Assembly (NCBI GenBank): GCA_009914755.4
Contig: CP086569.2
Location: 2,816,001-2,880,000, forward strand
Reading direction: 5' to 3'
DNA length: 64,000 bases
Source: the human T2T-CHM13v2.0 reference genome, Homo sapiens
Of the stretch, positions 11,701 through 24,021 are shown in pieces (within the stretch, counting starts at the first letter, position 1; each line of letters begins with the position of its first letter). A program made the position numbers and the translations under genes. Below the pieces are notes generated by a model. That model worked only from the letters and a program-made list of their open reading frames with translations. It was not told the DNA's origin and did no database searches.

Positions 11701-14700
11701 TTCTATGATGTATTACACTGATTGATTTGCCCCTGTTGGACCATCCTTGCATCCCAGGATTAAATCCCACTTGATCATAATGAATGATATTTCTAATGTA
11801 TTGCTGAATTTTGTTTGCTAGTGTTTTGTTGAGGACATTTACATCAACATTCTTCAGAGATATTGGCCTGTAGTTTATTTTTCTGATGTGTCTTTGTCTG
11901 GTTTTGGTATCAGAGAAATACTGGCCTCATAGAATATGTTTGGAAGTATTCCCTTCTTCTCTATTTTTCAGAACAGTTTGAACAGGATTGGTTTTAGTTC
12001 TTCTTTAAATGTTTGGTAAAATTCATCAGTGAAGCCATTAGGTTCGAAGCTTTTTATTATGAGAAAACTTTTTATTATGGCTTTCATATCATTGCTTGTG
12101 ATGTATTGGTCTATTCAGGTTTTGTATGTCTTCCTGGTTTAAGCTTGGTAGGTGGTATGCATCTAGGAATTTGTCCATTTCTTCTAGATTTTTCAATTGG
12201 AATATAGTTGCTCATAGTAGCCTCTAATAATCTTTGAATTTCTGCAGTATCAGTTGTAATGTCTCCTTTTTAATTTCTGATTTTATTTATTTGGGTCTCC
12301 TCTTTTTTTTTTTCTTAGTTAGTCTGGCTATAAGTTTGTCAGTTGTGTTTAACTTTTCAAAAAACCAACTTTTTGTTTCATTTATCTTTTCTATTTTTTA
12401 TTTTAATTTCACTTATTTCTGCTCTGATCTTTATTATTTCTTTTCTCCTACTAATTTGGGATTTGGTTTGCTCTGGCTTTTCTATTTATTTAAGGTGTGT
12501 CATTAGAATACTTACTTGGAATTTTTCCTCCTTTTGATGTAGACACTTAACCTATAAACTCCCCTCTTTGGTATTGTTTTTACTGTATCCCTTATCCCAT
12601 ATGTTTTGTTTTCATTATTATTTGTTTCAAGAACTTTTCAATTTCCTTCTTAATTTCTTCATTGAATCACTGGTCATTCAGGAGCATATTGCTTAATTTT
12701 CATTACTTGTATAATTTCAAAAATTCCTCTTGTTATTAATATCTAGTTTTATTGTGGTCAAAGAAGATACTTAATGTTACTTCAATATTTATGAATGTAT
12801 TAAGACTTGTTTTGTGGCTTAAGATATGGTCTATCTTAGAATTATACATGTGCTGAGGAGAAGAATGTGTATTATTCAGCTGTTCAGTAAAATGTTCTGT
12901 AAATATCTATTAGGTCCATTTGTTCTGCAGTGCAGATTTGTCACAAATTTCTTTGTTGATTTTCTGTCTAAAAGGTCTGCCAAATGCTGAAAGTGAGGTA
13001 TTGAAGTCTCCAGCTATTATTGTACTGAGGTCTATCTCTTTCTTTAGCTTTAATAATATTTTCTTTATATATCTTGGTGCTCCACTGTTGGGTCCATGTA
13101 TATTTATAATTGTTATAGTCTCTTGCTGAATTGCCTTTATCATTACATAGTGATCTTCTTTGTATATTCTTACAGTGTTTGTCTTAAAATCTTTTTTGTC
13201 TAATGTAAGTATAGCAACTCCTATTTTTTTTAGTTTCCTTTGGCATGGAATATTTTTTTCCATCCCTTTATTTTTAGTCTACTTTTGTCTTTCCATGTAA
13301 AGTGTGTTTCTTTTAGAACTGATCAATGGGTCTTTTTTAAAATTTATTCAGCCACTCTATGTCTTTTGATTGGAGAGTTTAGTCCATTTACATTTAATGT
13401 TATTATTAATAAGAAAGAACTTACTCCTGCCATTTTGTTATTTGTTTCTGGATGTTTTGTGGTCTTCTCTTCCTTTCTTCTTTTATTCATGTCTTCCTCT
13501 AGTGAAGATATTAATGATATTCTCTGGTGATATGATTGACTTTCTTGCTTTTTATTTTTTGTGTATCTATTGTAGGTCTTTTTGGTTGGAGGTTACAAGG
13601 AGGCTTGCAAACACTATCTTATAACCCATTATTTTAACCTGATAAAAACTTAACATTATTTGCATAAACAAACAAACAGAAAGCTAATAAAACATTACCT
13701 TAACTTTGTTGCCCTGCTTTTTATCTTTTTGATGTTTTTATTTATACCTTACTGTAATGACTATGTCTTGAAAAGGTGCTGTAGTTATTATTTTTGATTG
13801 GTTCATTGTTCAGTCTTTCTAGTTAGCCTAAGAGTAGTTTACACACCACAGTTACAGACTTGTAATAGGCTATACTTGTTTGTGTACCTACTATTACCAG
13901 GAAGTTTTGTAGCTTCAGATGATTATTTATTGCTAATTAGTGATTTTTTTTCTTTCTGATCAAAGTACTCCCCTTAGCATTTCTTGTAGAATGTGTGTGG
14001 TGTTGACAAAATCTTTCAGATTTGTCTATCTGGGAAAATCTTTATTTATTTTTCATGTTTCAAGAATATTTTCACCAGATATACTATTCTAAGATAGAAT
14101 ATTATTTTTTCTTTAACACTTTAAATATGTTATGTCACTCTCTCCTGGCCTGTGAGGTTTCCAATAAAAAAGTCAGCTGTCCTGCTGCCAGATTTGTTGG
14201 AGCTCCATTATATGTCATTTGTTTCTTTTCTCTTGCTGCTTTTAGGATCCTTGACCTTCAGGAGTCTATTAAATTTCTTGAGGTAGTATTGTTTGTGTTA
14301 AATCTGCTTGGTGTTTTATGACCTTCTTGTACTTGGATATTGATATCTTTCTCTAGTTTTGGGACATTCTCTGTTATTATCTCTTTGAATAAACTTTCTA
14401 CCCTACCTTTTTCTCTATCTCCACTTTAAGGCCAATAACTCTTAGATTTGCCTGTTTGAGGCACTTTTCTAGATTCTGTAGCGGTGCTTCATTTTTTTAT
14501 TTTGTTTGTTTTGTTCTTGTTTTGTCTCATCTGACTGTGTGTTTTCAAATAGCTTGTCTTCAAGCTTAATAATTCTGTCTTCTGCTTTTTCCATTCTTCT
14601 ATTAAAGGACTCTGATGCATTCTTCAGTATGCCAATTACATTTTTTCAGCTACAGAATTTCTGCTTTTTTTAAAAAAATATTTGAATCTATTTGTTAAAT

Positions 14701-15614
14701 ATATCTGATAGAAATCTGAATTCCTTCTCTGTGTTATGTTGAATCTCTTTGAGTTTCCTTAACACAGTTATTTTGAATTCTTTTCTGAAAAGTCACATAT
14801 CTCTATTTCTCGAGGATTGTTCCCCAGTGCCTTATTTAGTTCAATTGTTGCAGTCTTGTTTTCCTGGATGGTATTGTTGCTAGTAGATGTTTCTTCGGTG
14901 TTTGGACATTGAGGAACTATTTCTTGTAGTCTTCACTGTTTGGGCTTACTTGTAGCCATCCTTCTTGGGAAGGCTTAAGTTATTTGAAAGAACTTGGATG
15001 TTTTTATCTAAGCTGTTTCTGCTTTGGGGGCATTCCAAGCTAAGTGATGCTGTGGTTCTTGCAGACCCATAGAGATGCTGCCTTGATCATCTTGGAACAG
15101 ATCAGAAAGAATTCTCTGAATTATTAAGCAGAGACTCTTGTTCTTTTCCCTTACTTTCTCCCAAACATACAGAGTCTCTGCCTCTGTTGTGAGCCCCCAA
15201 AGCTGGGGGTGGAGTGACACAAGCATCCCTGTGCCCAACACCACAATGACTGTGCTGGGTCTTGCCCAAGGCCTGCTGTAACCACCCCCTGGCTACTGCC
15301 TATGTTTGCTGAAGGCGCTGGGACTCTATAATCAGCAGGTGGCAAAGCCATCCAAGCCTGTGTCATTCCCTTCAGAGGTCCCCAAGACCCAGGTGAGTTC
15401 AGAAGTGCCATTTCAAAGTCAGGGTCTAGAGTCAAAAACCTTAGTAGTGTACCTGGTATTCTATTGTATTGCAGCTGAGGTGGCATTCAAACCACAAGAC
15501 GCAGTTCTTCCCACTCTTTCCTCCCCTTTCCAAAGGCAGAGGAGCCTCACCCTGTATCCACTGCCACCTCTGATAAAGAGGAGTACTGACAGAGTACCAC
15601 TGATGTTTTCTTAA

Positions 15615-16170
15615 GGCCCAAGGCCTCTTAAGTCAATTTGTGGTGACTGCCCGGCATGGAGCTCACCCTTTAGGGAAGTGGGATGCCCTCTGTCCCGGGG
15701 AAAATCCAGAAATGCCATCTAAGAGTAAAGCTATAGAATCAGAGACCCCAAGAGACTATTCAGTACTTCCTGTGGCATTGTTGGTTCCTAAGATGCAAGA
15801 CAAAGTTCCGTTTACTATTTTGTCTGCTTTCCTCAAGCAAAAGTTTTGCCCCATAGCCACCATAGCTGGTAATGTGCTGAGTCTCACCTGATGCCAGCAA
15901 ATCTCAGAGGCTCACCAAGATATTTGATATAGTACCTGGATATAGCTACTGGTTATTCAGGGCCCAAGGGCTCTTCAGTTATCCATTGATAAATGCTGGC
16001 AGGACTGTGTTCTTTTTTCAAAGCAGTGGGTTCCCTTCTGCCCTGGGGTGTGTCTAGAAATGATACCTCTGAGCTAGGGCCTGGAATAGGGGCCTCTTGA
16101 TTCTTACTGGTGCCCTATCCTGCTGTGGCTGAGCTGGTGTCCAAGATGCAAGACAAAGTCCTCCCCACTC
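15615..16170. repeat. Two tandem ~345-bp repeat units inside the L1 5'UTR
   Basis: 15615-15810 (ggcccaaggcctcttaagtca...gttggttcctaagatgcaagacaaagttcc) is paralogous to 15960-16170 (ggcccaagggctcttcagtta...ctggtgtccaagatgcaagacaaagtcctcc). Confidence 0.6.
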
Positions 16171-16504
16171 TTCTCTCTGCTCTCCACGTGCAGAAGGGAG
16201 AGATATCTTTTATAACCATGAGCTGTGTAGCCTGAGATTAGGGGAGGGGTGTTGGCAGTCCTTCCTTGGCTGCCCCAGCTGGTGTCTCAGTATGTCACAA
16301 TATTCCGCAGTCCACTGTCTGTGGGTCTAATTCAGCCCTAGGACTCATCTAAGAGTTGCAGTCGTTATGGCCTAGACTGTCTTTCAAATTTTCTTAGACA
16401 CTGATAACACTTTGGCCCTTGGTGGTGAGGTTTGCAGGGTCTCATGTTCAGACCACTAGGATTGGCAATTCTCCTCTTGCTAGGGCTGGTTTAAGTGTCC
16501 CCTC

Positions 16505-16552
16505 TGTGGGTGGGCATTACTCTGAGGTTTTTTTTGTTTCGTGGTTTTTATT
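16505..16552. repeat. AT-rich simple repeat, (TTAA/ATTT)n
   Basis: tttttatttttatttaattaattaattaattcatttatttg. Confidence 0.7.
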
Positions 16553-17449
16553 TTTATTTAATTAATTAATTAATTCATTTATTTGTTTGCTGCAACAGGA
16601 CAACATTCAGTTTAATTCCTCACATTTGCTGTGTAATCCCTCCCCCAGCACCGAGAGATGCTCTCTTCACCAAGCTACGGCTACTTGGTGTAAGACTGCG
16701 ATGACATTGGTGATTCAGGACTGTTTTTCTCTCCGTTCAGTGCCTCATTCAGTGATATGAAGTTAAAACCAAGTACTGTGAGTGCTTACCTGATTTTTGG
16801 TTCTTATTAAGGTGTTTTTTCTGCGTAAATAGTTGTTAACTTGGTGTCCCTGCAAGGGGGACAATTGCTGGAGGTTTCTATTTTGCCATCTTGATCCCAA
16901 TCTCCTTAATTAATTTTAATTTAATTCCCCCTTCTGGCTTCTTAGCAATTTTTCTATACTTTTAGTGCCCCAAGGTGTTCTTTTTTTTTTGTACGAGAAA
17001 TATGTCACACCTTTGTCATCAATTTATCCATCTTTTCCTCATCAAAATAAACATTTGTTTAGTGCCCACTCTGCCTCATACTGTATGATAACCTCTTGAC
17101 ATACAGTGATACGCAAGAGCAACAGGTCCATTTTATTTTATAGAGCTTATATTCCAATAAAATAAACAAAAAATAAATGAGCAACAAATAAATAAATAGG
17201 ATAAATGCTTTCCAGGTCTTTATCCCATGGTCTTGGCTATTAGTTTTTTGCTCCCTTATAGTTATGAAAATTTCTCTAGCAAGTGCTTTCTCTGAAGCCT
17301 GCATGAATGCTTCTCCCCCCAAAAAAGCTTTTCCTTTCTTTGTTACATGGCCTGGTGGTAAATTTTCCAAATGTTTTTGTTGCAAATATACATTTGTAAA
17401 CATAAATTTCAAATTTAAGCCATTTTTTTAATGCATTTGAGCATAGGCT

Positions 17450-18205
17450 GTTAGAAGCAGCTAGGCCACATCTTGAATGCTTTGCTGCTTAGAAATTTCT
17501 TCTGCCTCATACCCTAGGTAATCACTCTCAAGTTCAAACTTCCACTGATCCCTGGGTCATTAACAGAATGTCACCAAGCTCTTTGCTAAGGCAGACCTTT
17601 GCTCTAGTTTCCTATAAGTTCCTCATTTCCATCTGAGACCCTGCCAGCCGAGAATTCACTGTCCATATCACTATCAACAGTTTGTTTCCAATCATGTAAC
17701 CAGTCCTTAAGAAGTTCCAAACTTTATCTCATTTTCTTTTTTTCTCCCGAGGCCTCATAACTCTTCCAACTTCTGCCTGTTATCCAGTTCTAAAGCTCCT
17801 TCCACATTTTCAGGTATCTTTTGGTACCAGTTTTCTTTAGTAGGCCATGTTTACATTGCCATAAAGGAATACTTGAGACTGGGTAATTTAAAGAAAAGAG
17901 ATGTAATTGGCTCACATTTTTTGCAGGCTGTACAGAAAGCATAGTGGAAGCATCTTCTCAGCTTCTGGGAAGGCCTAGAGAGCTTTTACTCATAGTGGAA
18001 GGTAAAGCAGGGCAGGCATGTCATATGGTGAAAACAGGATCAAGAGGGAGTTGGAGAGGAGGTGCCATATACTGTCAACCAACCAGATATCAAGAGAACT
18101 TGCTATTGTGAGGACAGCACCAAGCCAGGGTGGATCCCTCCTCATGACCCAAACACCTCTTGCCAGGCCGCACATTTACACTGAGTATTATCATTTAACC
18201 TGATT
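17450..18205 (-). mobile_element. Partial MaLR element: the 3' part of the internal region (17450-17830) plus an MLT1/MST-type LTR (17830-18205). The rest is truncated.
   Basis: 17470-17760 is paralogous to the internal regions of the other MaLR copies (cttgaatgctttgctgcttagaaatttctt...catctgagacc...). The LTR carries gggtaatttaaagaaaag...ggatccctcctcatgacccaaacacctc, which are MLT1/MST hallmarks. Confidence 0.6.
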
Positions 18206-19489
18206 AGGCAGGCACATATATTCAAACTACATTATCTACCTAGTATTTCTAAGACCCCAAATTAGAATAAGAAGTTTTTAGTTTTAATTCATCTCACAGA
18301 GCACTTTGTCTCATTAATTCTACAGATCTAAGGAAAGACATAGAATTTCATATTTCAAATAATAGGTATCTTTCAGTCAGGATGGTTTTTCTTAAAGGAG
18401 TAAACATTCCTGCCCTTTGAAAAACAGCAAGACTCCCTTTATCTTCCTGTGACATTGCTTTCGATGGCTTGAAAATCTCTGTGGCATAAAAGTGGAAATG
18501 TGTTGTAGATAATGATCCATGAAAAGTGGATTCACTTATTCTTAGTATGCTGCCATATTTTAAAATGTCACATATTTCAAAGTAGTTATTAAAATTTGTC
18601 ATTATCTTTGTAAAAATATACTTAGCCCACTAACACTTGTTTCTCTCTATTACTTCAGGAACAACTTGTGCATTCATAGAAATATAAAATAGTAATCTTA
18701 CATAATGAGATTTATCTCATTCTGACTTGGCCATTGGGAGCTTTGTGCTATTTCCAGTTTTACTTTCTTATGTAATGAGTCGTCAACATTCCTGGAATAC
18801 TTTAATTGTTATTGTTCTGGGTAGGAGGAGAAAATGTTCTAGGAGTGTTTTCATGATTAAAAGAAGTATTTTACATTCATTGAAATTATTTAACACTTTA
18901 ATTTTATGAAATTTTAATATATTTCTTTGCAGGACTTGATACATCAGCAATGTGAATGATCATATAAAATTAAGAGGGTTTGGAAGGCCCAACTGTTTAA
19001 AATTGTTTATGCATCTCTCCATCACCACCACCACTCACAGAAATAACTTCATTAGGTAGTGAAGGCCTTTTGCCTTTTCTCATTTCTAATATATATGTAA
19101 ATATCATTCAGAAGAATCTCAAATACTGCCTATTATTATCTAATAACCTAGCAAGTCTCCTGCTCAATCATGAAGTAATCACTTGAGGAAGTGTTGTGTA
19201 ACCAATATGATAAATAATATGATGCATATATAATAGGAACTAATATCTGAGGACTAAATTGACTAAAATGACTTCAGTTTTGAACAGAAATCCAACAGAA
19301 TACTTTGGCTTGCAATAGACCCATAAAAGGATTTATGATTCTGTACTCGTGATAATTTTAAATTTGGTTTAAACGTTACATATTTTTTACTAATACAAAT
19401 AACACAGATTTACAGCACACAATTTGTTAAATATGGCACTATGCAGAAATATCTATATTTTGCTTTATTTCTACTCTAGTCTGAATATG

Positions 19490-19805
19490 TCCTCCATAAT
19501 TCATATGTTGAAACTTAATCAACAATGTGGTAGTATTAATAGGTGGGTGCTTAAGTTACAAGGTGATTAAGTCACGTGGGTGGAGCCTTCATGCATGGGA
19601 TTGGGGCCCTTACAAAAGGTTTTCAGAGAGTAGATTCTTTTTCCTTTCGCTCTTCCACCTTCTTCCCTTTGGGGACACAGCAAGAAGGTTCTCACAAGAC
19701 GTCAAATAACAGCTCCTTAATACTGGACTTCCCAGTCTCCAGAACTGAAAGAAATGAAGTTCTGTTATTTATAAATTCCTGAGTCTCAGGTATTTTGTTA
19801 TAGAA
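19490..19805 (+). mobile_element. MLT1/MST-type MaLR LTR fragment, in the opposite orientation to the other MaLR copies
   Basis: The sequence ...gtggtagtattaataggtgggtgcttaagttacaaggtgattaagtcacgtgggtggagccttcatgcatgggattggggcccttacaaaag...ggacttcccagtctccagaactgaaagaaatgaagttctgttatttataaattcctgagtctcaggtattttgttatagaaca is the reverse complement of the LTR orientation seen at 21738. Confidence 0.55.
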
Positions 19806-20076
19806 CACAAATGTACTAAGATAGTTCCCTTTTACAAGTAACATACTTCTGTATCTATACACATACAGGTATCCATCACAATCTCAATTCACATTATGTG
19901 AATTTAAGAACTGAAAAGATTTGTAGCATTCCTATATCCATGTTTATCTTTGAAAATCAACATCAGTTTACTAATTGAGGTCTGAAAGACATATACTTTC
20001 TGTTTATTTTATTTAAATGAACTTAATTATACACTAAATTTCCTATTTTTGTAGACCAATAGAAAATTAAACCTCA

Positions 20077-20370
20077 GGGCTGGGCATGATGGCTCACACC
20101 TGTTATCCCAGCACTCTGGGAGGCCAAGGTGAGAAGATCTTTTGAGGTCAGGAGTTTGAGACTAGACTGAAAAATATAACAAAACCCTGTCTCTAAAAAT
20201 AAAAATGTCAAAAGTTAGCTAGGTGTGGTGGCACAAACCCGTAGTCTGAATTATTCAGGTGCCTGAGGCAGGAGAATTGCTTTGGTTTAGAAGTTTGAGG
20301 TTGCAGTGAGCTATGATTCGGCCACTTCAATCCAGCCTGGATGACAGAGCAAGACTATGACTTTAAAAAA
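20077..20370 (+). mobile_element. Alu SINE (older, AluJ/S-like, diverged)
   Basis: Starts gggctgggcatgatggctcacacctgttatcccagcactctgggaggccaaggtgag and ends ...gcagtgagctatgattcggccacttcaatccagcctggatgacagagcaagact with an A-rich tail. Confidence 0.9.
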
Positions 20371-21737
20371 CAAGAGAGGGAAAAATAAAAATAAAAATAT
20401 ATCTCATTCTTTCCTGAGGATATCTTACCAAGGTTGTATGTCTCTGCACAATCCGCACATAGAGTTTTATGTTTTTGTAGTCATATCAAACAATCTTATA
20501 TTTTATTAGTTTTATTTTTAGTGTTTTGCATAAAAATAACCACTCCCAAAAAGATAATATGCATTTGTATTTGATGCAGGTCATATATAAAACATATCAT
20601 TATATTAAATAATTATACTTCGTTCTATAATAGTTCTGGACACTCTGTTTTGTTTAATCTTTCTATATATCCTTGATCATCTTGTTTAATGGTACATTTT
20701 CAGAACTCTTGACACAACCATCATTAAATACGTTTCTATATAAACATTTTCTTTGTTGTTATTCTATTTATGGTTTCCAGAAAACTTGGGAATTATATTT
20801 GCAAGTTTTTAAATAAAATTACTCAATTTGAAGTATATTATAATAATTGTATTTAGGCAAGAATTGACATCATAATATGCAGTTTTCACTCAGGAACTTA
20901 GAAGGACTCTCAATTTTATTTTTATAGTACTTACATATTTATAGTTAATTATATTATAAAATGTTCACATTTGCAATAAAATGTCAATGATATTTTTATA
21001 ATTACACTCTCTAAAGAATTTATTTTATATACAGAATTGTATTTTTTGTATTTATGCATAACTTTCTAATTAGACTCATACTTCAAATAGATTTTGTCAT
21101 CTCTCATATTATAAATATAACAATTAATCATCTCATGTTATTTTTGTCCACTTGGTTGATGTTGTTTGTGGGTTTCTGCTAGTGGTGTGGGGGATATTTC
21201 CCATAATCCAGAATGATATTTCTTTGGCCCAGCTTCAAACATGCAGGAAAATGAACGACAAAATAGAAAGAATCAGGTTCTCTAAATTAATGCATAAACA
21301 AAGTGCATAATCAATATGAACATTACACTTCCACATGTTTGGATGACACTGTAACATTTTCAAGTGGTTGTATTAGGGCACAAATTTTTATCCCTATAAA
21401 AATATAATTATCTCGAGCCACTTGATTATCCCCAGTGACATAAATTACATTCTATGAGCAATTATATTTTTAATAAATATTAAAATTAATTATCAATATA
21501 GTGATCTGCTTCCAGCAGGTATGCTAATTCCTAGAATATTCAAGTATGCCAATTTTCCTGAATCTACTTTAGCAAAGTAAATTTTCTGAGAAAATTGTAC
21601 ACAGATTTCCCAGTTTACATAACAATTTTATAATACTACTATTGTTAATAATCCTCTTGTTTACCTATAGTTTACTGTTTTCATCCCTGATATTGTAAAT
21701 TGTTTCTTCATATAAAATTGACAAGATATTTAGCTGT

Positions 21738-24021
21738 TGTATTAGTCCATTCTCACGCTGCTATAAAGAACTGCCTGAGACTGGGTAATTTATAAAGAAA
21801 GGGTGTTTAATTGATTCACAGTTCCAGAAGGCTGGGGAAGCCTCAGGTAACTTACAATCATGTTAGAAGGGGAAGCAAACACATCCTTCTTCACGTGGCA
21901 ACAGGAAAAAGAAGTGCTGAGCAAAAGAAGAAAAACCCTTCATAAAACCATTGGATCTTGTGAGAAGTCACTCAGTATCACAAGAACAGCATGGAGGTAA
22001 GTGCCCCCATGATTCAATTATCTGCCACTGACATGTGAAGATTATGAGAACTACAATTCAAGATGAGATTTGAGTGGGGACACCATCAAACCATATCATT
22101 CTGTCCTTGGCTCCTTCCAAGTCTTATGTCTTCACATTTCAAAACACAATCATGCCTTTCCAATAGTCCACTAACCCGAATGTCCAAGTCCAAAGTCTCA
22201 CATGAGACAAAACAATTTACTTCTGCCTTTGAGCCTGTAAAATCAAAAGCATGTTAGTTGCTTCCTAGATAAAATAGGAATACAGGAATTGGGTAAATAT
22301 ACCCATTACAAATGGGAGAAAGTGGCCAAAGTGAAGGGTCCACAGGCCCCAATGCAAGTCCAAAATCCAGTGGGACAGGCAAATCTTAAAACTCCAAAAT
22401 GATCTTCTTTGACTCAATGTCTCACATCCAGGTCACACTAAGGCAAGAGGTTGGCTCCCACAGCCTTGGGCAGCTCTGCCCCTGTGGCTTTGCAGGGCAC
22501 ATCTCCCCTCCCAGCTGCTTTCACAAGCTGGCATTGAGTGTCTTTGGCTTTTCCAGGCACACAGTGCAAGCTGTCGGTGGATCTACCATTCTGCAATCTA
22601 GAGGATGATGGCCATCTTCTCCAGTAGGTAGTGTCCCAGTGAGGACTCTATGTCGGGGCTCCAACCCCTACATTTTTCTTCCACACTGCCCTAGCAGAGG
22701 TTCTCCATGAGGGCTCTGCTCCTCAAGTAAACTTCTGCCTAGATATCCAGGCATTTCCATACATCCTCTGAAATCTAGGTGGGGGTTCCCAAACCTTAAT
22801 TCTTGTCTTCTGTACACTCACAGGCCCAACACCAAGTGTAAGCCACCAAGGCTTGAGGCTTGCACCATCTGAAACAACAGCCTGAGCTGTACCTTGGCCC
22901 CTTGTAGCCACGGCTGAGATGCAGGGCACCAAGTCCCAAAGCTTCACAAAGCAGCAAGGCCCTGGACCCAGCCCATGAAACCATTCTTTCCTTCTAGGCC
23001 TCCAGGCCTGTGATTGGAGGGGCTGCCATGAAGGTCTCTTACATGCCTCAGAAACATTTTCCCCATTGTCTTGGCAATTAGCATTTGGCTCCTCATTACA
23101 TAAGCAAATTTTTGCAGCCAGATTGAATTTCTCCTCAGAAATAGGGTTTTCTTTTCTATTGCATTGTCAGGCTGCAAATTGTCCGAACTTTTATGCTCTA
23201 CTTTCTCTTGAATGCTTTGCTGCTTATAAGTTTCTTCCACAAGATACCCTAAGCCATCTTTCTCAAAGTCAAAATTCCATAGAACTGTAAGGCAGGGGCC
23301 AAATGCCACCAGTCTCTTTACATAGCAGGAATGACCTTTACTCCAGTTCCCAACAAGTTTCTCATCTCCATCTGAGACCACCTCAGACTGGACTTTATTG
23401 TCCATATCAGTATAATCATTTGGTCAAAGCCACTCAACAAGTCTACAGGAATTTCCAAACTTTCCCACATCTTTCTGTCTTCTAAGTCCTCCAAGTGTCT
23501 AGGAACTTCCAAACTTTCCCACATTTTTCTGTCTTCTTCTAAGGTAACAAAACTATTCCAACCTCTGCCTGTTACCCAGTTTCGAAATCTCTTCCAAATT
23601 TTCAGGTATTTTTATAGCAGCACTCCACTCTCTGTGGTACCAATTTACTGTATTAGGCTGTTCTCCCACTGCCATAAAAAAAATGTCTGAGACTGGGTAA
23701 TTTATAAAGGAAAGAGGTTTAATTGACTCACAGTTTCAGGGCTGGAGAGGCCTCAGGAAACTTACAATCATGGCAGAAGGGGAAGCAAATGCATCCTTCT
23801 TCACATGGAGGCAGGAAGGAGAAATACTGAGCAAAAGTGGAAAAGCCCCTTATAAAACCATCAGATCTCATGTGAACTCACTCACTATCACAAGAACAGT
23901 GTGAAGGTAACCACCCTCATGATTCAATTACCTTCCCCTAGGTCACTCCTATGCCAGTTGGGGATTATGGGAACTACAATTCAAGATGAGATTTGGGTGG
24001 GGACACAGCCAAACCATATCA
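21738..24021 (-). mobile_element. Complete MST/THE1-type MaLR retroelement #3. LTRs are 21738-22098 and 23649-24021; the internal region is 22099-23648.
   Basis: The LTR begins tgtattagtccattctcacgctgctataaagaactgcctgagactgggtaatttataaag and ends ccaaaccatatca. The internal region gives the DSMSHIQVTLRQEVGSHSLGQL motif. A perfect 5-bp TSD GCTGT is present at 21733-21737 and 24022-24026. Confidence 0.88.

Larger units (their letters stand above)
9303..16906 (-). mobile_element. Full-length (~7.6 kb) older L1 (L1PB / old L1PA-like) in minus orientation. The poly(A), seen as poly-T, is at 9303-9309. The 3'UTR runs to ~9600, ORF2 covers ~9600-13330, ORF1 ~13400-14450, and a long 5'UTR covers ~14450-16906. 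Both ORFs are disrupted.
   Basis: Minus-strand ORFs read MLAMMWRKRHLQCWWKFKLLHPLWRTVWRFLRKLKIELPYDPVVALFSICPQ...AAMFAIAKTWKQPKCPS (ORF2 C-terminus) and ...IGVAILTLDKKDFKTNTVRIYKEDHYVMIKAIQQETITIINIHGPNSGAPRYIKKIL...IIAGDFNTSLSAFGRPFRQKINKEI (ORF2 endonuclease N-terminus). The 3'UTR matches the L1PB-type 3' end. The 5' terminus on the minus strand reads gggatcaagatggcaaaatagaaacctccag, close to the L1 start GGAGCCAAGATGGCCGAATAGGAACAGCTCCAG. A degenerate TSD is possible: TAATTAAGTTTAA (9284-9296) versus TAATTAATTTTAA (16907-16919). Confidence 0.8.

Noticed and set aside
12910-13263. 117-aa minus-strand ORF, plus many + strand ORFs across 10600-13650
   Set aside because: The minus ORF is the degenerate N-terminus of L1 ORF2, and the + strand ORFs are antisense readings of L1 ORF2. 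Stops interrupt the frames, so no intact L1 protein is encoded.
17040-17220. MIR/L2-like ancient repeat (gtgcccactctgcctcatactg...gagcttatattccaataaaataaacaaaaaataaatg)
   Set aside because: It has only a loose resemblance to motifs I associate with ancient SINE/LINE tails. That is not enough to call a family.
18900-18960. Polypyrimidine tract plus CAG (tttctttgcag|gac), resembling a splice acceptor
   Set aside because: It is an isolated motif with no downstream ORF or donor and no conservation evidence. Such motifs occur by chance in AT-rich DNA.
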